This document shows positions 1 through 9,405 of a stretch of 64,000 bases of DNA, in pieces. Source of the DNA: Candidatus Binatia bacterium (GTDB taxonomy: Bacteria; Desulfobacterota; Binatia; Bin18); assembly GCA_963666315.2 (NCBI GenBank), contig CAXXHG010000015.1:128001-192000 (forward strand), given 5' to 3'. Numbering within the stretch: the stretch's first letter is position 1; each line of letters opens with the position of its first letter. Made by a program: the position numbers and the translations under genes. The notes beneath the pieces are model-generated. The model made no database searches. It worked only from the letters and a program-made list of their open reading frames with translations, and had not been told where the DNA came from.

Positions 1-122
1 CGGCATACTCGGCCGAGTATTTTGGAGCGGGCGATGTGCTGGACCACTGCCCGAAGCTCAAACGCTATTGGCCGCGCATCGCCACGAACCCGCACGTGGC
101 GCAGGCGCTGGCTGGCCGATAG
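1..122 (+). CDS. C-terminal end of a glutathione S-transferase-like protein (runs off window start)
   Basis: Frame 3 reads AYSAEYFGAGDVLDHCPKLKRYWPRIATNPHVAQALAGR* (TAG 120-122), resembling the GST C-terminal helix (PKLxxYxxRIxxxP). Confidence 0.45.
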   Translation, partial: AYSAEYFGAGDVLDHCPKLKRYWPRIATNPHVAQALAGR

Positions 123-158
123 GGGGTACCCTAACTTGATCCACGGCCTCATAGAACT

Positions 159-262
159 TCACGCCAGCTCCTCCAGTAACGCCTTCGCCTCCTTCAAGTC
201 CGCCATGTCAAAGCCTTCGGTGAACCAGTTGTAGACGGGGGCGAGTAGCTCTCTCGCTTTTC
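159..262 (-). pseudogene. C-terminal fragment of adenylate/guanylate cyclase-AAA ATPase-TPR protein
   Basis: [32 protein letters not shown] is the signature C-terminus of this family; the rest of the gene is absent upstream. Confidence 0.8.
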
Positions 263-380
263 CGATAACTTGACAAAGCCCATCGGAAGACACCTCCACT
301 TCCTCACACCGCCAAAATCCGACGCGAACTCTCCGTGCGGTCGATTTCCTTGACCAGCACATCAAGAACGTCGCCTCTTT

Positions 381-623
381 TCATTCTGATTCTCCTCTGA
401 GGCCCGACTCCTCAGTCTTAGTATTTTCTTCCTCCTCCGACCTGACCACCTGGACAGCATCGAACGGGATACGGATACAGGTTCCGTTCGATTGCTCTAT
501 AAAATAATGCGCGGCTCTGGTCTCTGCGGCGTGTAGCTCCAGTTTGACTACGTTCTCATAGGTGAAGGTAGTGCGATCGCCGCCAGCAGGCTCAAGCCTG
601 CAAGATATGAAAACAGACATCAT
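381..623 (-). CDS. hypothetical protein (~80 aa)
   Basis: ATG at 623 preceded by a strong RBS (AAGGAGG); ORF MMSVFISCRLEP... Confidence 0.55.
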   Translation of the reverse strand: MMSVFISCRLEPAGGDRTTFTYENVVKLELHAAETRAAHYFIEQSNGTCIRIPFDAVQVVRSEEEENTKTEESGLRGESE

Positions 624-1091
624 TGTGATTTCCTCCTTATACTTCCACGCAAATAGGAAAGTCAGACCGCTGTTGTTCTGCCTTGTCCTGTTCAATACGA
701 GTGACCATTTTTGATCATGCTGTTTTTATCGAGGGGAGAGCGGTAAATGTGTCGAGAAATCCATAGTAGCTCTGTTGAGAAAGGAGGGAGTTCGCTTTAA
801 TTGCACCCACATACGGGGCGGGATTATGTCTGACCGGTTGAGTGATTGGTATGAGCGTCTCCACAGCTCCGTGTACGACTTTGTCTGGTGGTCTGCTGCG
901 GGGCTGGTTGTTGTTATCAACTACTATGGCATAAGAATTTTCCTTAGCGAGCGAGGCTGAATGACAACTGAGGACTACAAGGAGGAATCATGAATCAGGG
1001 TGGATGCAGCCCGGCGGAAATGTGCCCAGCTTCTCTGCTTAAGGAAAGCCGTACCGTCGGAATTCTTTGAACCCATCCGGCCACCCTTTGG

Positions 1092-1571
1092 GTGCAATTA
1101 CTGAGCGGAAAGACCTTGTGGCGCGAGATGAAAGACAATCTGCTGAAAGAACGATCTGGCGACGATATCGCCACGGGTAAAAAATTCTTTCGCCGTCAAT
1201 TCGAGCTAACCAAACGTCTGCATCAAGCGGGCGTACGGTCCTTGGCAGGCACGGACACTCCTTCACCGTCCATCTTTCCTGGCTCTTCCTTGCATGAAGA
1301 GTTAGTGCTGTTGGTCGAGGCAGGATTGACGCCACTGGAAGCTTTGCAGACGGCAACCCGGAATCCTGCCGAATACTTCGACCAGCTCGACATGCTCGGG
1401 ACCATACAAGAAGGCAAGCTTGCCGATCTGGTGCTCCTCGAAGCGAACCCCTTGGCAGACATTAGCAATACCCAGAAAATTTCAGCGGTAATGGTGGGTG
1501 GCAAGTTGTTCTCCCACGAGGTGCTTCAGGCTCTGCTTGCCAGTGCGGCCACAGCTGCCCAGCAGGAGTAA
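1092..1571 (+). pseudogene. amidohydrolase family protein, C-terminal fragment
   Basis: AGTD...PGSSLHEELVLLVEAGLTPLEALQTATRNPA...GTIQEGKLADLVLLEANPLADI; N-terminal barrel part missing. Confidence 0.8.
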
Positions 1572-1708
1572 ACGAAGAGTCCATTCTGAAGCCACGAAAA
1601 GAGTCATCGGCGATTCCTCGGGAACGCCGTGTCAACACGACGTCAGAATGGTAGGCCCACCGATCATATTCCCAAAGTAGCCTGCTGCTACCGGAGCGAC
1701 CATCTGTA

Positions 1709-2560
1709 TTAGGCCAACCGCTCAGCAATTGTGGCGTACTCATCGAGGAAGGGCAGAATGACATCACGCCCCTGGGTCGGCGCTCGCACAACGGTTCGTA
1801 CTCCGCCAAACGCCCGGTATCGCTCAAGCCGTTCCATATCTGGCGCATCGATACAGAAAAAGGAAATCGGAAGGGCGCCCGGGTCCCGTCCGGCTACCTG
1901 CACGCGCTCGTGCAGATCCGCAATCGCGGCGGACATATCGTCAATAACGGACTCAACCGGAATCCAGCCATCACATAGATCCACGACACGCTGACGGTCA
2001 GTTGGGGAGTTCAGACTGCCCAGAAGGATAGGTGGATGGGGCTTAGTGAGCGGTTTGGGATAGGACCAGATACGGTCAAAATTGACAAACTCGCCGTGAT
2101 ACGAGGCTTCGTCCTGCATCCACATCTGCTTCATGGCCTCGATATACTCGGTCAACATTTTCCAGCGCCGCTTGGGCGGCGTGCCATGGTTGGCCATTTC
2201 CTCCTTATTCCAGCCCGCCCCAATCCCAAAAATGAATCGGCCGTTAGCAATACGATCAAGCGAGGCGACCTGTTTGGCTTGCACGATCGGATCATGCTCA
2301 ATCACCAGGGAGATCCCCGTACCCAACTTCAGCGTTTTTGTCACCGCAGCCGCAGCCGCTAACCCAATGAAGGGGTCGGACATATGAATGTATTCCTTGG
2401 GGAGCTCCCCCCCGGCCGGGTAGGGGGTCTCACGACTCGCTGGAATATGGGTATGTTCAGGTAACCACAGAGACTCGAACCCCCGGACCTCGCACTCGCG
2501 CGCCAGCTCATCAGCTGGCATGGTGTATTCGGTGTTGAAGCTAAAGATTCCGATATTCAT
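1709..2560 (-). CDS. LLM class F420-dependent oxidoreductase (Rv2161c-like)
   Basis: GFESLWLPEHTHIP, GIGAGWNKEEMANHG, PKPLTKPHPPILLG; ATG 2560 with AGGAG RBS. Confidence 0.9.
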   Translation of the reverse strand: MNIGIFSFNTEYTMPADELARECEVRGFESLWLPEHTHIPASRETPYPAGGELPKEYIHMSDPFIGLAAAAAVTKTLKLGTGISLVIEHDPIVQAKQVASLDRIANGRFIFGIGAGWNKEEMANHGTPPKRRWKMLTEYIEAMKQMWMQDEASYHGEFVNFDRIWSYPKPLTKPHPPILLGSLNSPTDRQRVVDLCDGWIPVESVIDDMSAAIADLHERVQVAGRDPGALPISFFCIDAPDMERLERYRAFGGVRTVVRAPTQGRDVILPFLDEYATIAERLA

Positions 2561-2862
2561 TCTACACGCTCCTAACAACCTAAAACGTCAACTGATTAAG
2601 CGAACGCAAGCGCTTGTGCTGAACCCAGAATACGTTGGTAACAGAGCTTCCAGACGCCCTCGACTCTAGCTCAGGGGCTTGTCGATAAGCAAGACTCATC
2701 AGGGGGGACCCATGGCCAGACTCGGTAAGCGTTGAAGACTCCCTCTATAAACTTCGCCAGAAGTGCAGCACGACCAGGAGAGCACTTGGCGAGCACTCCC
2801 TGGAACTTGATACGTTCACTTCACTAGTGGTAGGACGTTGAGCAAAAGGAGGTCGTGAACCT

Positions 2863-3144
2863 ATGATGGACTACAGCGAGTACGAGTATCTGAAGATCGA
2901 GGTCGCCGAACGGGTGGCCACAGTGACCATCAACCGGCCCGACCAACTGAATGCCGTTCACGCAGCGCTGCACCACGAGTTCGAGCAAATCTGGCTGGAC
3001 CTGGCGCAGGATCGCGACGTCAACGCAATCTTGCTGACAGGTGCAGGCAAAGCGTTTTCTGTGGGCGGCGACCTGACCAGCCGCGAAAAGCCGACCAAGA
3101 GCAAGGGCCGCGGCGGGCGACGGATCGTGAAGAGAAGGTCATGA
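2863..3144 (+). pseudogene. enoyl-CoA hydratase/isomerase, N-terminal fragment
   Basis: VATVTINRPDQLNA...ILLTGAGKAFSVGGDL; only 93 aa, truncated where the next gene begins. Confidence 0.8.
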
Positions 3145-4010
3145 CGCGAATTGTCAAATGTGGACTGATCCAAACCACGCTCGCCTGCGCGGCAGAAGAA
3201 CCAATTGACACCATCAAGCAAGCCAGCCTGGCAAAGCATCTCAACTTCATCGAACAGGCAGGCCGTCAGGGTATACAGATCCTCTGCCTCCAAGAGTTGT
3301 TCACCGGGCCGTACTTCTGCGCCGAACAAAACCCACGCTGGTACGAAGCCGTGGAAAAGGTTCCTGAAGGTCCGACCACGAAACTGATGCAAGAGCTAGC
3401 GAAAAAATACGAGATGGTTCTGGTGGTGCCAGTCTATGAAGAAGATCTCACTGGCGTGTACTACAATACGGCGGCCGTTATTGATGCCGACGGAACGTAT
3501 CTGGGGAAATACCGCAAGCACCACATCCCACACGTAGCGCCTGGGTTTTGGGAGAAGTTCTATTTTCGGCCGGGGAATCTGGGTTATCCGGTCTTCAAAA
3601 CCAGATACGCAGACGTCGGGGTATACATCTGCTACGACCGACATTTTCCTGAAGGCGCAAGAATCCTAGGCTTGAATGGCGCCGAGATTGTGTTGAACCC
3701 CTCTGCTACCGTGGCCGGGCTATCAGAATACTTGTGGAAACTGGAGCAGCCTGCGCATGCCGTGGCGAACGCCTATTTTGTGGGGGCGATTAACCGCGTG
3801 GGGTACGAAGACCCTTGGCGTATCGGCGAGTTCTACGGTACGAGCTATTTTTGCAATCCGCGCGGACAGATTATTACCGAAGCGAGCCGCGACAAAGACG
3901 AACTGCTCGTAGCAGAACTTAATCTGACTATGGTTCGCGACGTCCGTAATGAGTGGCAGTTCTTCCGTGACCGTCGGCCAGAGACATACGATGCGTTGAT
4001 CAAAGAGTGA
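3141..4010 (+). CDS. beta-ureidopropionase-like carbon-nitrogen hydrolase (nitrilase superfamily)
   Basis: Catalytic E-K-C motifs LQELF, YRKHHIP, ICYDRHFPE; C-terminal WQFFRDRRPETY. Confidence 0.9.
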   Translation: MTRIVKCGLIQTTLACAAEEPIDTIKQASLAKHLNFIEQAGRQGIQILCLQELFTGPYFCAEQNPRWYEAVEKVPEGPTTKLMQELAKKYEMVLVVPVYEEDLTGVYYNTAAVIDADGTYLGKYRKHHIPHVAPGFWEKFYFRPGNLGYPVFKTRYADVGVYICYDRHFPEGARILGLNGAEIVLNPSATVAGLSEYLWKLEQPAHAVANAYFVGAINRVGYEDPWRIGEFYGTSYFCNPRGQIITEASRDKDELLVAELNLTMVRDVRNEWQFFRDRRPETYDALIKE

Positions 4011-4030
4011 AGAAAAGAGGGAGAGGAGTG

Positions 4031-5041
4031 ATGCTTGAATTTGCAATCACGTTTAAGCCTGACAAGGACATGAAGCCGGAGCGTCTTGTGAATCTCACCC
4101 GTCAGGCCGAGGCGGCCGGTTTTACGTATGGCTGGTCCTTTGATTCCCATATCATCTGGCAAGATCCCTACCCCATGCTTACGCTGATGGCGGCCAACAC
4201 GGAGCGGATGCGTCTCGGCACGTGCGTGACCAACCCGTTGGTGCGTGATCCCACGGTAACGGCAAGCCTGCTCGCCACACTCAACCGCGTCTCGCACGGC
4301 CGGATGGACCTGGGTATTGGCCGCGGCGACAGCTCGCGGCGCGTCATGGGGAAAAAACAGGCCACAGTCGTGCGGCTCGAGGAGACGGTTCACCTGATTC
4401 ATGACTTGACCGCTGGGAAACAGGTCAACTACCAAGGGCAGCCCATCCAGATCCCATGGGCAGATGCAGGTATCCCGCCAGTCTGGATCGCTGGCTACGG
4501 CCCGAAGGTGCTGCGGTGCGCGGGTCGGGTCGCAGAGGGTGTGATCTTTCAGTTCGCCGATCCAGCATTGATTCAGTGGTGCCTGGGGTTTGTCCACGAA
4601 GGAGCGCACATGGCAGGCCGGGACGCGTCCACCATTCGGGTCATGAGCGCTGCTGCGGTGTGGCCCTCAGAAGACCTCGCCGCGGCACGCGAGCAGGTTC
4701 GCTGGTTCCCGGCATTAGTGTCAAACCACGTCGTAGACCTCCTCTCGCGCTACCCAGCCGAAGAACTACCCAAGAGCCTGACCACCTATGTACGCACCCG
4801 CCACGGCTACGATTATCTTCAACACTGTGAGGTGAGCAGCGCGAATGAAGGCTTTGTCTCTGACGAGGTCGTGGACCGCTTTTGTATTGTCGGATCGGTG
4901 CAGGAGCACGTCCGCCGGCTCCGCGAGCTGCAGCGCGCGGGTGTGACCCAATTCAATATTTATCTGATGAGCGGCGAGGAAGAACAAACGCTTGAGATTT
5001 ACGGCCGCGACATCATTCCAGCTCTGAGAGAGGGAGAATAG
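4031..5041 (+). CDS. LLM class F420-dependent oxidoreductase, TIGR03842 (CPS_4043)-like
   Basis: FDSHIIWQDPY, GIGRGDSSRRVMGKK, WFPALVSNHVVDL, FNIYLM; directly downstream of the ureidopropionase. Confidence 0.85.
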   Translation: MLEFAITFKPDKDMKPERLVNLTRQAEAAGFTYGWSFDSHIIWQDPYPMLTLMAANTERMRLGTCVTNPLVRDPTVTASLLATLNRVSHGRMDLGIGRGDSSRRVMGKKQATVVRLEETVHLIHDLTAGKQVNYQGQPIQIPWADAGIPPVWIAGYGPKVLRCAGRVAEGVIFQFADPALIQWCLGFVHEGAHMAGRDASTIRVMSAAAVWPSEDLAAAREQVRWFPALVSNHVVDLLSRYPAEELPKSLTTYVRTRHGYDYLQHCEVSSANEGFVSDEVVDRFCIVGSVQEHVRRLRELQRAGVTQFNIYLMSGEEEQTLEIYGRDIIPALREGE

Positions 5042-5089
5042 AAAGCTGGGCTTGGTCAAGAAAGACGATAGCATTGAGAAGAACTCAAG

Positions 5090-5153
5090 GTGAAGAACCT
5101 CTCAGGAGGGACTGTCGCAGAGAGATTCTTCGGCCTCCGGCCTCAGAATGACA
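5090..5153. repeat. REP-like palindromic element between convergent genes
   Basis: GAAGAACCTCTC...GAGAGATTCTTCGGCCTCCGGCCTCAGAATGACA: imperfect inverted repeat ending in CTCAGAATGACA, typical of dispersed extragenic palindromes. Confidence 0.5.
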
Positions 5154-5191
5154 GACCCGCAAAATCCCTGGGGAGGACCATGGTGATTCGG

Positions 5192-6097
5192 CTACGCTTC
5201 TTCCATAGCAGCCTCGGATGCCACCTTCTCCAAAATGGTCGCCATTTCTTGAGGATCGGAAACAAAGGACGGGAAATCCAAGATGAGGCGGCTGACGCCA
5301 AGCCGTTCATACTGGGCGATATCCCGGAGGACGCCTTCTGCTGTCCCAGCAATAATCACTGCCGTGATTTCAATGGTTTGGAAATCCCGGCCGGCCTCTT
5401 CTGACATCTGCTTGAGAGTAGCAAGGTCTTTAGCCAGATCTCCTTCCGTACTATACACATCGTCCGGATGCTCAGCGACGACTTGCCAGCCATCACCGAG
5501 GCTCACCACTCGTTTGAGACTGGCTTTGCCTCGGCCACCGATGGTGATTGGCGGATGAGGCTTTTGTAACGGCTGGGGCCGGCATTGGACTTCAGAAAAA
5601 TGATAAAACTGTCCGTCAAACTGCGGCTCTTCAGCCGTCCACAGCTCTTTCCAAATACGAATGTGCTCCTCGGTGCGTGCCCATCGTTTGGTAAACGGGA
5701 CCTCGAGGGCCTGGAACTCCTCTTCTAACCAGCCCGCGCCTACGCCAGCAATGAGGCGACCGTTTGACAGAACATCGAGAGAAGCCATCATCTTTCCTGT
5801 CACAATGGGATTTCGGTACGGGGCCACGATCACGGTAAAACCCAAACGAATCCTATGCGTACAACCTGCGACAAACGAGAGGATGGTAAAAGGCTCAAGA
5901 TGGGCACCTTTCGGGTCGGCGATATATTCACCTGACTTGCTGTACGGATACGGCGTAGAGATCCGCGTCGGCATGATCACATGATCGGCCGCCCATACCG
6001 ACTCAAAGCCTTGTTCTTCGCCAAGTTGGGCCATTGAGAGCATGGTTTCGTGCGTTGCCATTGCACCAAACTGAGGAAGCATAAAACCAAATTTCAT
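5192..6097 (-). CDS. LLM class F420-dependent oxidoreductase
   Basis: GFESVWAADHVIMP, GVGAGWLEEEF, PQPLQKPHPPITIGG; ATG 6097 with AAGGAGG RBS. Confidence 0.9.
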   Translation of the reverse strand: MKFGFMLPQFGAMATHETMLSMAQLGEEQGFESVWAADHVIMPTRISTPYPYSKSGEYIADPKGAHLEPFTILSFVAGCTHRIRLGFTVIVAPYRNPIVTGKMMASLDVLSNGRLIAGVGAGWLEEEFQALEVPFTKRWARTEEHIRIWKELWTAEEPQFDGQFYHFSEVQCRPQPLQKPHPPITIGGRGKASLKRVVSLGDGWQVVAEHPDDVYSTEGDLAKDLATLKQMSEEAGRDFQTIEITAVIIAGTAEGVLRDIAQYERLGVSRLILDFPSFVSDPQEMATILEKVASEAAMEEA

Positions 6098-6174
6098 GAG
6101 ACCCTCCTTAATGCAGAGTGGATCTCCAAGATCCATCTTTTTTCTAGTCAGGCTGGAGTTGAAGCCCGTCGTGG

Positions 6175-6189
6175 GGTATTGTCAAGTGA
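6175..6189. repeat. orphan IS6-type terminal inverted repeat
   Basis: GGTATTGTCAAGTGA matches the IS6 left end at 6849 (GGTATTGTCAAGTTA) at 14/15 nt. Confidence 0.5.
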
Positions 6190-6505
6190 TCGAGGCCCTC
6201 GTAGAGAGCAGTGACCCTGCATGCCGTCATTGAGGCATGTCCTCCCGTACCATACGTCTCTAGAGAAATCATTGGTTTCCGGCAGAGGTTCCTTCTCTCT
6301 TGTCTCAGGGCGCTGCAGGTCCAGCCGGCAAGTCCGCACGGGGCAAGAGAGTCGACGAGGGGGAAGTTTCAAAAGATTCCGTTGGAATCAGTATCGAAAT
6401 AGGCAAGCCTAGTCCCTCGTGTTGATACCCCCATAAGTCGAGTCTGACACCACCAAGCGCCTTTTGCCGCAGATGTGCGCCGGCGGGCGAGTCAGCTGCG
6501 TAGCA

Positions 6506-6848
6506 TTACGTTGTAGGAAGAAAATTCTCTGTAGCGGTGTATACTGCAGAACGAGAACGGCGCAAAGCAGCCTGAAACTTCGGGATGGACAGAATACCGC
6601 CAACTGTACGGCTCAGTGCCAAAGTGAGTACATCATCGGCTGTGCGATAGCGGTGTTGCGCGCCTCGTCGAGGCGGGTCGTGGACAACGTCCCAGACCTG
6701 CTCCTGCCACACGACCTTTCCGGACGGTAACCGGTACAAGGAAAGAGAAAGTGACACCGCCACTCGTGTCGGCCCTCGCACCGGCAATCCTATCCGACGC
6801 GACCCGACGCGAACTTGTTGGTAGCGTCGGAGGCTGAACAGAGAAAAC
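6506..6848 (-). pseudogene. C-terminal fragment of unknown protein, cut by IS6
   Basis: Open frame (...VAVSLSLSLYRLPSGKVVWQEQVW...) runs directly into the IS6 left end; no native start. Confidence 0.4.
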
Positions 6849-7685
6849 GGTATTGTCAAGTTATCGGTCTCTTGTGATGTAGCGTGGTGAAGTGCAGTAA
6901 TCATGAGATGCCCTTACGTACCACAGACCCATATAAGAATCACCGGTTTCCACCTGAAATCATTGCCCATGCCGTGTGGCTCTACCATCGCTTTAGCCTC
7001 AGTTTTCGCGAAGTGGAGGAGTTGTTAGCTGAACGCGGTGTCACCGTCAGCTACGAAGCGGTGCGCTTATGGTTCCTAAAGTTTGGGCAAGCCTTCGCCA
7101 AGAAATTACGCCGACGACGGGGACAGCCGGGTGACACCTGGCATCTGGACGAATTGTTTATTCGGATCAGAGGAGAGCGCTATTACTTGTGGCGGGCCGT
7201 CGACCAGGATGGCCATACGCTGGATATTCTGGTGCAGAAACGCCGGAATACAGGTGCGGCCAAACGGTTCTTTCGCAAGTTGTTGAAGGGGCTGCGCTAC
7301 GTTCCCAACCGCCTGGTCACCGACAAACTGCGTAGCTATGGGGCAGCCCAACGAGCTATGATGCCGTCTGTCCCTCACTGTACCCAGCAATACGTGAACA
7401 ACCGGGTTGAGGTCTTACACCAACCCATCCGGCAGCGGGAACGCCACCTGCGCCGGTTTAAGTCTCTGCGACACGTCCAACGCTTTCTCTCCGTCCACAG
7501 TCCCATCAACAATCTCTCCCGGATTGGACGGCACTTGATGAAGGCAGCTCACTATCGGTTGTTTCGAGACAAGGCTTTAGCGACTTGGCAGGCAGTGACA
7601 ATGGGTCAGGTGACAGCGTAAAGGAGTATCTCATCCGACCTCACCTACGTGAGGATCCTACGCTCCCCCATAACTTGACAGAACC
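6849..7685 (+). mobile_element. IS6 family insertion sequence, copy 1
   Basis: Terminal IRs GGTATTGTCAAGTTA (6849) and TAACTTGACAGAACC (7671-7685) flank the transposase. Confidence 0.92.
6908..7621 (+). CDS. IS6 family DDE transposase
   Basis: HRFPPEII, WHLDE, LWRAVDQDG, LVTDKLRSY, NNRVE; intact frame. Confidence 0.93.
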   Translation: MPLRTTDPYKNHRFPPEIIAHAVWLYHRFSLSFREVEELLAERGVTVSYEAVRLWFLKFGQAFAKKLRRRRGQPGDTWHLDELFIRIRGERYYLWRAVDQDGHTLDILVQKRRNTGAAKRFFRKLLKGLRYVPNRLVTDKLRSYGAAQRAMMPSVPHCTQQYVNNRVEVLHQPIRQRERHLRRFKSLRHVQRFLSVHSPINNLSRIGRHLMKAAHYRLFRDKALATWQAVTMGQVTA

Positions 7686-7882
7686 TCACGCAGACATCGA
7701 GCGTCTCCCGCCACTCTGCTTTCGAATTCTCGGCGTCAACGTCAAACGTGCGTACTGCCGCGGCGTTATTCCCGCGCGCCGTGCCAAACTCGATGCGGCC
7801 ACGCGAAATGATGTCCATCGTTGCCAATCGTTCAGCCGTCCGGATCAGGCGGTTGAAATGCAGCATGGCGATGGACATCGTG
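7686..7882 (-). pseudogene. internal fragment of an LLM flavin-dependent oxidoreductase trapped between two IS6 copies
   Basis: IRTAERLATMDIISRGRIEFGTARG; bounded exactly by IS6 ends. Confidence 0.8.
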
Positions 7883-8720
7883 GGTATTGTCAAGGTGTTG
7901 GTCCCTTGTGAAGCGTTGGGGTGAAGTGCAGTAATCATGAGATGCCTTTAGATACCACAGACTCATATAAGAATCATCGGTTTCCGCCCGAAATCACCGC
8001 CCACGCGGTCTGGCTGTATCACCGTTTTAGCCTCAGTTTTCGTGAAGTCGAAGAACTCTTAGCCGAGCGCGGTGTCACCGTGAGCTATGAAGCCGTGCGT
8101 CAATGGTGTCTCAAGTTTGGCCACGCGTTCGCCCAGAAGCTCCGACACCAGCGAGGACGCCCGGGCGATACGTGGTATCTGGACGAGGTATTTATCCGCA
8201 TCAGGGGCGAGCGCTACCACCTGTGGCGCGCTGTAGATCAAGATGGCCAGACGCTCGATATTCTCGTGCAGAAACGGCGCAATACCGGAGCGGCCAAGCG
8301 CTTCTTTCGGAAGTTATTGAAGGGTTTACGCTATGTGCCCAACCGCCTCATCACCGATAAACTTCGTAGTTATGGGTCAGCCCACCGAGATATTATGCCG
8401 TCGGTGACTCACTGCACCACGCAGTACGCCAACAACCAGGCCGAAGTCTCTCATCAACCGACTCGGCAACGCGAACGCCACATGCCCGCTTCAAGTCTCT
8501 ACGACACGTCCAACGCTTCCTCTCTGTCCATGGACCGATCAACAACCTCTTTCGAGTCGGTCGCCACCTCATGAAGGCAGTCCACTGTCGGTTGTTCCGA
8601 GACAAGGCATTTGCAACCTGGCGGGACGTGACCACGGGGCTGGAAGTGGCGTAAGGATGCCCCTCATCTTACCTCACACTACGTGATTTTCGCACTCTGC
8701 CCCGATAACTTGACAGTACG
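7883..8720 (+). mobile_element. IS6 family insertion sequence, copy 2 (transposase 7942-8654 frameshifted near 8485)
   Basis: IRs GGTATTGTCAAGGTG and TAACTTGACAGTACG; protein parallels copy 1 up to RQRERHM, then shifts frame. Confidence 0.9.
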
Positions 8721-9160
8721 AGTGATAAGTATCGGTGCTAATGACCAGGGTGTCTGGTGCTGCTTGGCCTTGCACGCGGGCCGCAATATTCGGTGTCTCT
8801 CCCAGGGCCAATTGTTCAGTATGTTCGCCACCACCCACTGCGCCAATGACCACGGGGCCGGTGTGCAGACCAATGCGGGCTTGGATCGGCTGAGCCAGCT
8901 CAAGTCTCGGTAAGGCCGCCAGGATGTCCAGCCCGGCTCTGACTCCCCGAATCGCATCGTCTTCATGCGCCGCTGGGTAGCCGAAGTACACCAGGATGCC
9001 ATCCCCCAGGTATTGGGCGATATCACCCTCGTAGCGTTCAATGACTTGCCGACACGCGTCTTGATACGTGCCGACTATGGCGTGTAAGTCTTCCGGGTCG
9101 AGTTGTTCGGAGAGTGTCGTTGAGCCCACCACGTCGCAGAACATGACCGTCAGTTGCGTT
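8721..9160 (-). pseudogene. class III adenylate/guanylate cyclase domain fragment (cyclase-AAA-TPR family), truncated by IS6
   Basis: QLTVMFCDVVGST, YLGDGILVYFGYP, RIGLHTG, GETPNIAARVQ. Confidence 0.88.
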
Positions 9161-9179
9161 AAAACGGCCAAGATCCAGT

Positions 9180-9330
9180 GCGAAATATATCGGTTATGAA
9201 CGCAGGCAAGACACTGCGAACAGACAACCCTTCAGGGCACTTGATCGCAAGCACAATATCGTCGGCCGGAATCCCGGCACGCATAGGATCACCCGGCTGC
9301 GCTTCTGAATCTATGAGTCACCTGTTCCAT
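9180..9330 (-). repeat. degenerate duplicate of a modC C-terminal (TOBE) segment (10350-10495)
   Basis: Translates SEAQPGDPMRAGIPADDIVLAIKCPEGLSVRSVLPAFITD versus ModC SEARPGDTMLAGIPANDIMLATKRPEGLSARNVLPARITE. Confidence 0.85.
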
Positions 9331-9405
9331 GAGACTCATATCGTGAACTGCCAATGGTTCTGTGGCAGAGAGAAAGCTGATACGGAGTCAGGAAAGGAGG
9401 CAGAT

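Noticed and set aside
2754-2792. Hairpin CGCCAGAAGTGC/GCACTTGGCG upstream of the crotonase stub as a riboswitch
   Set aside because: Single stem with no recognisable aptamer motif or terminator
9178-9405. N-terminal extension of the 281-aa ORF
   Set aside because: It is largely the antisense of the modC duplicate; a strong RBS supports ATG 9406
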